Below, one piece after another: positions 33,757 through 40,658 of a stretch of DNA of 42,533 nt. Every line of letters starts with the position of its first letter. Within the stretch, counting starts at the first letter, position 1. Under the pieces are notes generated by a model that was given only the letters and a program-made list of their open reading frames with translations, had not been told where the DNA came from and made no database searches. This DNA comes from a virus: IMG/VR virus record IMGVR_UViG_3300010286_000001; one strand, given 5' to 3'. The translations under genes were made by a program, and so were the position numbers.

Positions 33757-34380
33757 ATGACTGATGCAACCCCTAAGAAACGAGGCAGACCGCCGAAAAA
33801 GATTGAAGCAGACACAGCCGAAGAAGCTGTTGTAAAAGATGTTGTTCTAAAAGGTCGCGGCGGCATAAACAACTTTGGAAACAATATGAAAGAGTTAGTA
33901 AAAACCGAGGCCCAACGCGCGATAGCAAAACAACTTCTCACCGAAACGCTTAACGCCTATCAACAGCCAAAGGTTAAGAACGACGAAGAACTCGCACAGC
34001 GAATAAACGACTATTTCTCATATTGCGCCGACACAGGACAGATACCCACGGTCGAGGAAATGGCGCTGTCTACAGGCTACGCTGTATCGACTGTTTGGGA
34101 TTGGGAACATGGGAGGCGGCAGGGATTCAGCCCAGAGACCGCCGAGATTATAAAAAAAGCCAAGAGTTTTATGCAAACTTTTGACGCAAAATTGGTCACT
34201 ACGGGCGCACTCAACTTCCTTACATACTGCTTCAGAGCCAAGAACTACTACGGCATGGTCGAGCGTTCGGAGGTCGTTCTCACCCCCAACCAACCCCTCG
34301 GCTCCGATGCCGACCCCGCAACTATCGCGCAGAAGTACAAGCAGTTGCCGGATGTAACTATTGATGCGGAGGGCGAGTAA
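33757..34380 (+). CDS. terS: Terminase small subunit (gp3-package-like)
   Basis: Basic N-terminus KKRGRPPKK, then INDYFSYCADTGQIPTVEEMALSTGYAVSTVWDWEHG and LNFLTYCFRAKNYYGMVERSE, typical of this TerS family. Confidence 0.75.
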   Translation: MTDATPKKRGRPPKKIEADTAEEAVVKDVVLKGRGGINNFGNNMKELVKTEAQRAIAKQLLTETLNAYQQPKVKNDEELAQRINDYFSYCADTGQIPTVEEMALSTGYAVSTVWDWEHGRRQGFSPETAEIIKKAKSFMQTFDAKLVTTGALNFLTYCFRAKNYYGMVERSEVVLTPNQPLGSDADPATIAQKYKQLPDVTIDAEGE

Positions 34381-34542
34381 CTTTTATCCAGCTTTTCTAC
34401 AACTTTCGCGCCAAAACATCTGCAACTTTTCCGCAACTATGTAACTTTTATCCGCAATTTCAAGTAACTTTTCTGGGCTTGTCCAACTTTTATGTAACTT
34501 TTCTCTGTAACTTTGCTCCAAGCTTGTCCAACTTTTATGTAA
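34377..34542. repeat. Cluster of GTAACTTT(T) direct repeats and two 22-bp repeats directly after terS (candidate pac / TerS-binding region or island boundary)
   Basis: gtaacttttatcc at 34377 and 34441. gtaacttttct at 34464 and 34493. gtaactttg at 34507. gcttgtccaacttttatgtaac at 34477 and 34521. Confidence 0.7.
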
Positions 34543-34815
34543 CGAATCCTCGTCCCCTACGCTCCTGCTCCAGCACGAAAAAACCGCCTTGGCCTCCGTC
34601 GTTGGAAGCTGGGGCGGTCTGTTTTATCCCCTACGCTCAATCGTGGGGCGCGGGGCCGCGTCGTTTCGTTCTGAGCCGCTACGTTTCGTTTTGGGCGCGT
34701 TTTGTGCGTACCCTATATTGATATACCCTAGCATAGTAAAATCGTTTATACGGCGTTCTGGCGCATTATACGGCTATGTGCTATAAAACGGCCCTGCTCC
34801 ACGTTGCGCGTAGCA

Positions 34816-34851
34816 GGACAAAAAGAAGCGCCCCGGATATTGCCGGAGCGC
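34816..34851 (-). terminator. Rho-independent terminator closing the antisense island operon
   Basis: The minus strand reads gcgctccgg-caatat-ccggggcgc followed by ttcttttt, 7 nt after the peptide stop. Confidence 0.6.
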
Positions 34852-34857
34852 CTGGCG

Positions 34858-34926
34858 TTATTGTTTTTTGACGAGCGCCGCCAATACGAAGACGACGAAC
34901 AACGGTATTATTAGTAGTAGCTGCAT
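34858..34926 (-). CDS. 22-aa hydrophobic peptide MQLLLIIPLFVVFVLAALVKKQ (type I toxin-like or small membrane peptide)
   Basis: A single TM-length hydrophobic run with a basic tail, immediately followed by a terminator. The weakness is the nearest SD (gggggaga), which is about 24 nt upstream. Confidence 0.35.
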   Translation of the reverse strand: MQLLLIIPLFVVFVLAALVKKQ

Positions 34927-34967
34927 ACATTACACGCTTTGCAGTCGTACTCTCCCCCCTATCAATA

Positions 34968-35147
34968 TCAATACACCATTACCAGATCGTCTATGTCGTA
35001 CCCGTCGCCGTTCTGGAAATCTTCCTCTGTGCGCATGATTTTAATGTCCATTAGCGCGCAGGCTTCCTCGATTATCATGCTACGGTTGGTGATAATTTCG
35101 GCCAGGACTTCGCCGGTTGACTTCTGGATGATTTTCATGTTCTTCAT
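34968..35147 (-). CDS. Hypothetical 59-aa acidic protein (below the ORF-track cutoff)
   Basis: RBS gggagaaagga; MKNMKIIQKSTGEVLAEIITNRSMIIEEACALMDIKIMRTEEDFQNGDGYDIDDLVMVY. Confidence 0.5.
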   Translation of the reverse strand: MKNMKIIQKSTGEVLAEIITNRSMIIEEACALMDIKIMRTEEDFQNGDGYDIDDLVMVY

Positions 35148-35211
35148 TCCTTTCTCCCGCCTTTAGCCGGGCGGGGCGGCGTGTCAGTTATTGTCATTAT
35201 ACTCTAGGCCG

Positions 35212-35484
35212 TCAGTCGCGCCAAAGCTCTAGGCTGTCGGCCGATGGTAGCCATTCAAGGCCCCATATTTCGTCGCCCCACGCGATCGCAATCGATTCAA
35301 TGGCGCTGGCTAGGCCGCCTCCATATGCGCCACTGACCTCTGTGTCCTCCTCGGTGCCATTTGGCAGCAGGCCCACGATGTGCCAGCGGGTGCCATAGTC
35401 CGGGTGGTGCTCCTGCTCGGCCATCAATATGATGCGTCCTACGTCTCCGTCGCCCTCGATTGTTGCTAGATACCGTTTCTCCAT
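35212..35484 (-). CDS. Hypothetical acidic protein (island gene)
   Basis: 90 aa; RBS aaaaaggagg. Confidence 0.6.
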   Translation of the reverse strand: MEKRYLATIEGDGDVGRIILMAEQEHHPDYGTRWHIVGLLPNGTEEDTEVSGAYGGGLASAIESIAIAWGDEIWGLEWLPSADSLELWRD

Positions 35485-35524
35485 TGTTCAAATCCTCCTT
35501 TTTTGATGGATAATGTCAACTACG

Positions 35525-35603
35525 TTATATTTGACAACCTGCCCGGCGGTATACCGGGCAACGCTTGCGGCTTAATGTCCTATTTATAGCCGCCGCAACG
35601 GCT
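35525..35603. repeat. 79-bp perfect intergenic repeat, copy 1
   Basis: ttatatttgacaacctgcccggcggtataccgggcaacgcttgcggcttaatgtcctatttatagccgccgcaacggct is identical to 36471-36549. Confidence 0.95.
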
Positions 35604-36277
35604 CAATCCATGAGTTTGTAATCGGTCACTATATGTTCGCCGTCATACAAATAGATTTCCAATTCGTCCGGCTTGCAACCGTAACAGTCCGCTAAATATT
35701 TGCGTAATGTTTCGCCTTCTTGCCACCGAATAGTGTCGGGAACATAATATCCGTAACAATCGTCAATACAAAATTCTGTCCCACAACCTAACCAGAATTT
35801 GCCTATTTCGTCTATATGTTCCGGTGTATAATGCTTGGTACAATACACCACATCGCAATAATCCCCTTGAGAATATCCGGTGAATGATTTTACTTCCCAT
35901 TTTTCGCCGGTCGTGATTGTCAGAAATTCTGCAATAAAGCCCGGATCGTAAGGATTCGCATACTCCGTCCATTCTTTCAATAAGTGACATCTGCGGCTTG
36001 TATATGGAATAGCGTTATCTTCCATAACTTCTTTATATGTTGTGTATCCGTTTGTCCATTTGTCGCTTACATCGCGAAAACCGTCAATAATAGCTTTTGC
36101 TTTTTCTTCAATTTCTTCGTATTCTTCTATATTGAAGCCGCCATACCTTCTTCTGTCCCCTGGTACGATGTAAACAGCGCAATTCTCACCTCCCGCGCTT
36201 TTCAGTCCGTCGTCGTCGAAATAATAACTAAAATCCACATGGTTCGGATTAACTTCTTTGGCTATTATCTTTTTCAT
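35603..36277 (-). CDS. Hypothetical acidic Tyr/Cys-rich protein (island gene, 224 aa)
   Basis: ORF track; the start overlaps the upstream gene end; I do not recognise a family. Confidence 0.7.
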   Translation of the reverse strand: MKKIIAKEVNPNHVDFSYYFDDDGLKSAGGENCAVYIVPGDRRRYGGFNIEEYEEIEEKAKAIIDGFRDVSDKWTNGYTTYKEVMEDNAIPYTSRRCHLLKEWTEYANPYDPGFIAEFLTITTGEKWEVKSFTGYSQGDYCDVVYCTKHYTPEHIDEIGKFWLGCGTEFCIDDCYGYYVPDTIRWQEGETLRKYLADCYGCKPDELEIYLYDGEHIVTDYKLMD

Positions 36278-36458
36278 GGTTAAACCTCCTTTTTTCCCTA
36301 TGCTTTTCTAGACGGTAACACCCGCCGCCGTTCTCCCTGTACTCTTTCAATCTTTGTTTAGCTTCTTTGAGTGTGTACTCACTACATTCACACTCCCAAC
36401 CATAGCCGTAATTACCCATAATGTCCCAGCGGTCAACCGTTTTTCTAACGTATGCCAT
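36249..36458 (-). CDS. Hypothetical small protein with a WDIMGNYGYGWECE motif (island gene)
   Basis: 69 aa; RBS aaggagg. Confidence 0.6.
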   Translation of the reverse strand: MAYVRKTVDRWDIMGNYGYGWECECSEYTLKEAKQRLKEYRENGGGCYRLEKHREKRRFNHEKDNSQRS

Positions 36459-36470
36459 TATTACACCTCC

Positions 36471-36549
36471 TTATATTTGACAACCTGCCCGGCGGTATAC
36501 CGGGCAACGCTTGCGGCTTAATGTCCTATTTATAGCCGCCGCAACGGCT
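36471..36549. repeat. 79-bp perfect intergenic repeat, copy 2
   Basis: Identical to 35525-35603. As in copy 1, it begins on the minus strand at the last base of the preceding gene's stop codon. Confidence 0.95.
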
Positions 36550-36917
36550 TAAACGGTTTTTTCCTTCTTGATGATATAATCCGCGCCGTTAAAGATAAAA
36601 TGTATTTCCCCGCTGAGCGGATGCTCTCCGCAATAACGGACGGTGTGCGCAAGCTCTCCATTTTCAAAGAATAAATAGTCATTAGCTTCAATGTTTTCAA
36701 TTATTGGTTCATCGTTCATAAGGTAATAATCATATTGTGCTTCATAAGTCTTCTGCAGTTCTTCCGGCGTGTCATATTCTGCTATCCCAGTTATAAAATC
36801 ATCCGGCGACATAAGGCTTAACATAAATTCCCGGTGTGCTTCAATGGCTTTTCTTTTCGCTTTTTCGCTAAGCTCTGAGAATGAATAAAGTTTAATAGTA
36901 ATTCCCGTATCTATCAT
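36549..36917 (-). CDS. Hypothetical acidic protein (island gene, 122 aa)
   Basis: RBS aaggagg; KLYSFSELSEKAKRKAIEAHREF N-terminus. Confidence 0.7.
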   Translation of the reverse strand: MIDTGITIKLYSFSELSEKAKRKAIEAHREFMLSLMSPDDFITGIAEYDTPEELQKTYEAQYDYYLMNDEPIIENIEANDYLFFENGELAHTVRYCGEHPLSGEIHFIFNGADYIIKKEKTV

Positions 36918-37001
36918 TCTTTTAACCTCCTTATTTAGCTTGTCGGGCTATCGGAGCTTGTGACCGTCTGCCCGGCCGCATTACCGGCCCGATGCGGGCC
37001 G

Positions 37002-37241
37002 TCACTCTGCGATTTCTCCCCGCTGCCGGTGCTGTTTGTGCTCGTCGCATATTTGGCGGCATATCTCCAGCGCGCCCCTGCCTGCATACATGCCGTCAAG
37101 GGCGATCCATTCCCCTTTTTTGCCATCGGGGAGGAAATAGGGAGTCCAACCTTGATAATATGTGTATCTCCCCGCGATTGCATATCGTCCATCTGTGGAC
37201 ATGCGGAGCTGCGCGTGGATTTTTTCCCATTTCAGTTTCAT
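37002..37241 (-). CDS. Hypothetical protein (island gene, 79 aa)
   Basis: ATGA overlap with the upstream gene stop. Confidence 0.55.
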   Translation of the reverse strand: MKLKWEKIHAQLRMSTDGRYAIAGRYTYYQGWTPYFLPDGKKGEWIALDGMYAGRGALEICRQICDEHKQHRQRGEIAE

Positions 37242-37666
37242 TTGTCTTGCTCCTTCCTTCCATCACTCTGCTTTTCCGCAATGGCTTTTAATATTTCGGC
37301 GTTTGTCTCTTCGTTCGCTTGATTGTTCCAGTTTTCCTCCCATGCTTCGATGCCGTCCATCATTTCAAATAAAACCTCTTCGCCGATAATGTAGTAGAGC
37401 ATGTTAACGAGTTTTTCCGGGTCGCTTAGGTCTGTATAGATTTCGCCGAAGTTGTCTTTTTCGTAGGTCTGTACTTTTTCTATGGCTTCGAATACGTCGT
37501 ACTCCCGCAGGGCTTCTTTAGCCCGATGTGTGCCGATGATATAATAGTCCGTGTTAAACACTTCGTTGTGTAGGTCGCAATAATACCCGGTATAACCATC
37601 TTCTAACGCTTCTATTATGGCGGCTCTTGCTTCTTCTCTCATTTTCTGCTCTTTGTGGTTTGTCAT
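37238..37666 (-). CDS. Hypothetical acidic protein, first gene of the island operon (start moved to ATG 37666)
   Basis: MTNHKEQKMREE... is preceded by agggagaaag. The ORF-track start at 37732 lies upstream of the predicted -10 box. Confidence 0.65.
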   Translation of the reverse strand: MTNHKEQKMREEARAAIIEALEDGYTGYYCDLHNEVFNTDYYIIGTHRAKEALREYDVFEAIEKVQTYEKDNFGEIYTDLSDPEKLVNMLYYIIGEEVLFEMMDGIEAWEENWNNQANEETNAEILKAIAEKQSDGRKEQDK

Positions 37667-37722
37667 TGTTCTTTCTCCCTTCGTTCCCGCCGTGCGGCGG
37701 TCGTTTTTTTGTTTGCGGTTAT

Positions 37723-37751
37723 AGTATAACACACTTACAGTTAATTGTCAA
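37723..37751 (-). promoter_or_regulatory. Island operon promoter TTGACA-17-TATACT
   Basis: The reverse complement reads TTGACAattaactgtaagtgtgtTATACT, which matches the recombinase promoter at 23 of 29 positions. Confidence 0.65.
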
Positions 37752-37807
37752 TAGTTTTTGTAAAATAATTTCTTGATTTTTTGTAATTATCGAGTTATTG
37801 TTGCCCG

Positions 37808-37880
37808 CCGGCCTGCCTGGCCTGCCTGGCCTCCTGGCCTGCCTGGCCTCCTGGCCTGCCTGGCCTGCCTGGCCTCCCCC
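37808..37880. repeat. GC-rich tandem repeat of alternating 9-mers GGCCTGCCT and 8-mers GGCCTCCT (about 8 units)
   Basis: ggcctgcct ggcctgcct ggcctcct ggcctgcct ggcctcct ggcctgcct ggcctgcct ggcctcccccc, embedded in otherwise AT-rich promoter DNA. Confidence 0.9.
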
Positions 37881-37967
37881 CGTGGGGGATATGCCGCCGC
37901 CCCTGCCGGGCCGGTTAGGCGTTTAACTACCGAAAATAAGAAAAAGGGGTAAAATTACAAAAAACCC

Positions 37968-37996
37968 TTGACAATTACAATAACGTGTGTTATATT
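37968..37996 (+). promoter_or_regulatory. Recombinase promoter TTGACA-17-TATATT
   Basis: TTGACAattacaataacgtgtgtTATATT, then RBS aaaggagg and ATG 38026. Confidence 0.65.
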
Positions 37997-38025
37997 GTTT
38001 TTGTAATCAAAAGGAGGCGCGAGAT

Positions 38026-38778
38026 ATGAATCAAGCAATCGGATATTTGAGGGTATCGACCGATGGTCAGGTCGGCGAAGATAAATACGGGCTGGACGCT
38101 CAGCGGGAGCAGATTAAGCTGTACGCTTTGGCGAACGGATATGAGATAGTTGAGTGGGCGAAGGACGAGGGGTATAGCGGGGCCACGCTGGACAGGCCTG
38201 CGTTGAACGAGTTGCTGTACGGCGATATAGCGAACCCGCCCATTTCGGCTGTGATTGTGGCTAAGAATGACAGAATTAGCCGAGATATGGAGCAGTATTT
38301 TTATGTCAAATACTCGCTCAAGAAGAAGAACATTGATTTAAAGAGTGTTAGCGAGGATTTCGGGCAGCTTGGGGTGTTCGCGCATATTATGGAGAGCCTT
38401 GCAATGTTTATTGCGGAGCAGGAGCGGATCAACATTGCGAAACGCACCAGTGGCGGGCGCAAAATCAAGGCTGCCGCGGGCGGATACAGTGGCGGACGCG
38501 CGCCGTATGGGTATAAGGTGGAGAACGGCCAATATGTTATAATGCCCGAGGAGGCCGAGATGGTGCGCAAGGTATTCGAGATGCTGGATAATGGCGCAAC
38601 GCTGGTAGATACGGCCGAGTGGCTGAATGATAATGGATATAGGACTCGCAGTGGCAAGAAGTTTTATGCGTCGCATATAAGGGCGATCAAGGCAAATCGC
38701 CCGCTGTATGAAGGCATGTATAAGTATGGGGATATGGACTGGGTGCGCGGTGTGCACGAACCGATATTAAAGGGGTGA
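38026..38778 (+). CDS. Truncated large-serine-recombinase-type protein (resolvase catalytic domain plus recombinase domain; no zinc-ribbon or coiled-coil domain)
   Basis: MNQAIGYLRVSTDGQ (catalytic Ser), VIVAKNDRISRD, then GGRAPYGYKV...Y.G...W..GVHEPIL, after which the ORF stops. 251 aa from ATG 38026. Confidence 0.8.
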   Translation: MNQAIGYLRVSTDGQVGEDKYGLDAQREQIKLYALANGYEIVEWAKDEGYSGATLDRPALNELLYGDIANPPISAVIVAKNDRISRDMEQYFYVKYSLKKKNIDLKSVSEDFGQLGVFAHIMESLAMFIAEQERINIAKRTSGGRKIKAAAGGYSGGRAPYGYKVENGQYVIMPEEAEMVRKVFEMLDNGATLVDTAEWLNDNGYRTRSGKKFYASHIRAIKANRPLYEGMYKYGDMDWVRGVHEPILKG

Positions 38779-38939
38779 TTAATATTACTGCTTTTGCAGG
38801 GCATATATTCAATGCCATTTTTCGCTCGATTATATGAGACTCAGAGAGGGTCTATAACAAGTTTTCTGAGATATTAAATATATATTAAATCTATTCGAGC
38901 GCCAAGAGCGCCTTTCCACAAGGAGGGGCGTTCTTTTTT

Positions 38940-40598
38940 ATGGATATAGAGCAGACGTTAAAGGCGATACGAGCCTTCATAGACAAAAAACCGGAGTTTG
39001 AAGCGTATCAGGACTACTTCGATATGCTTCGGGCGCTGGGTGAGACTGACCGTGCGAAGGCTGATGAGCACAATTTGTGGCTCCGAAGGGAGACTACGCG
39101 GCGCTGCAAAGAGGCCACAGACCCGAACGTGGTGACGGACTTCTACAATTTGACCTACAAGACATACCTGTACGGTGCGCAGACCTCGTTTGACGACTAC
39201 ATGGTAGCTGTCGAATGGGATAGGGAGCCAAAGGCGAAGTTTTGGGTTCCGCGCCGGAAGGTGCTGGAGGGGCAGCACAAAATAGCCAGTAAGATACAGG
39301 CGTTTTTGGACGATGAAAATGCGCTGTTTTTGGCGTTCTCGATGCCTCCTGGCACCGGAAAGACGACGCTGATTAAGTTTTTGCTGTCGTACATCTACGG
39401 GCAGTATCCGAACAGCGCGAACATGTATGTCAGCTACGCAGACGCGATGGTGAAGATGGTTTACGACGGCGTGCAATCCATCTTGACTGATAATTTCGAG
39501 TACAAGTTCAAGGATGTATTCCCCGAAGTGCCTGCTCCTGTATGCTCTGCGGAGTATTACACTATTTCAGCGCGTAGGAAAGGCGATTTCCCGACGTTGG
39601 GGCTTATTTCCCTGGGCGGTTCGGTTACTGGCCGTACCCGTGCGAACAAACTGCTGATTACTGACGACCTTGTGAAGAACAAGGAGGTCGCCCGTAGCCC
39701 CGAACGGCTGAATACGCTGTTTGAGGACTACAAGGCGACGATTACGACTCGTACAATCGGCGACAATGTGAAGCAGATTATGCTTGGCACGATTTGGTCG
39801 GCACATGACCCGATTTCGCGCATGAAGAGCGAACACAATGGAGACCCGCGGTACATCTTCATCGCGCTGCCTGTTCGTGACGAGGACGGGCATAGCAATT
39901 TCAATTACGACCACCCGGACAGATATACGGATGAGCGCATCGCTGAGCTTGAGGCTACACTTGATCCAGTTGATTTCTCGTGCCTATATATGCAGAAAGG
40001 CATTGAAAAAGAGGGCTTGGCATTCCCGGCAGATGCCTTGGATTACTATGAAGGCGAGCTGCCGGATGGAGAGCCTGACAATATCATTTTCTATGCTGAC
40101 GTGGCATTCGGCGGAGGCGATAGCTTTTCAATGCCGATTGCCTACATTTACGGAAAAGACGTGTACATACACGATGTAATATTCGACCGTGGCGACAAAA
40201 CAGTTACTATGCCGCGAGTAGTTGAGAAAATCCTGAAGCACAAGATCAGGATTGGTCAGTTTGAGGCGAACAATGGCGGTGATTTCTATTGCGAGGAGGT
40301 AAACCGCATTCTCCGCGAAAAGCACAATTACTCGATGAACCTCGGTAGCAAGAAGGCTCCGTCGAATATGAGCAAATTGTCAAGGATTGAACAGCACGCC
40401 CCGGCAATTCGGCGATTCCACTTCAGAAGCAGGAATTGCAGGGATGCTGACTACAAGAAATTCATGGACGAGCTGACCTCGTTCAGTTTCACAGCGAAGA
40501 ACCTGCATGACGACGCGGCAGACTCCCTCGCGGGGCTTGCGGACAAACTCTATCATGGCACATTATCTTGGGTTGAAATCGGCAAACGCCCGTGGTGA
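38940..40598 (+). CDS. terL: Terminase large subunit
   Basis: Walker A SMPPGTGKTT, Walker B LLITDDLV, C-terminal nuclease motifs ADVAFGGGDSFS and HDDAADSL. Confidence 0.9.
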   Translation: MDIEQTLKAIRAFIDKKPEFEAYQDYFDMLRALGETDRAKADEHNLWLRRETTRRCKEATDPNVVTDFYNLTYKTYLYGAQTSFDDYMVAVEWDREPKAKFWVPRRKVLEGQHKIASKIQAFLDDENALFLAFSMPPGTGKTTLIKFLLSYIYGQYPNSANMYVSYADAMVKMVYDGVQSILTDNFEYKFKDVFPEVPAPVCSAEYYTISARRKGDFPTLGLISLGGSVTGRTRANKLLITDDLVKNKEVARSPERLNTLFEDYKATITTRTIGDNVKQIMLGTIWSAHDPISRMKSEHNGDPRYIFIALPVRDEDGHSNFNYDHPDRYTDERIAELEATLDPVDFSCLYMQKGIEKEGLAFPADALDYYEGELPDGEPDNIIFYADVAFGGGDSFSMPIAYIYGKDVYIHDVIFDRGDKTVTMPRVVEKILKHKIRIGQFEANNGGDFYCEEVNRILREKHNYSMNLGSKKAPSNMSKLSRIEQHAPAIRRFHFRSRNCRDADYKKFMDELTSFSFTAKNLHDDAADSLAGLADKLYHGTLSWVEIGKRPW

Positions 40599-40623
40599 AC
40601 CACAATATATAGTGCCAAACCAC

Positions 40624-40652
40624 TTGACAAATACAACATATTGTGGTATAAT
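40624..40652 (+). promoter_or_regulatory. Perfect consensus promoter with an extended -10 (TTGACA-17-TGgTATAAT) between terL and portal
   Basis: TTGACAaatacaacatattgTGgTATAAT. Confidence 0.65.
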
Positions 40653-40658
40653 ATACGT

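Noticed and set aside
33474-33941. 155-aa minus-strand ORF spanning the terS start region
   Set aside because: It overlaps the well-supported terS N-terminus and the broken small plus-strand genes. It has no RBS and an Arg/Ser/Phe-rich composition.
34583-34624. A terminator for terS (accgcc ... ggcggt followed by ctgtttt)
   Set aside because: It has only a 6-bp stem around a 24-nt poorly paired loop. That is too weak to call as a feature, although some termination of rightward transcription before the antisense island would make sense.
36935-37389. Cluster of overlapping 60-120-aa ORFs on both strands (36935-37192, 36960-37322, 36992-37291, 37096-37281, 37162-37389)
   Set aside because: Only 37002-37241 on the minus strand fits the operon, because its ATGA is coupled to the upstream gene. 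The others lack RBSs and encode Pro/Arg/Cys-rich low-complexity products of a locally GC-rich stretch.
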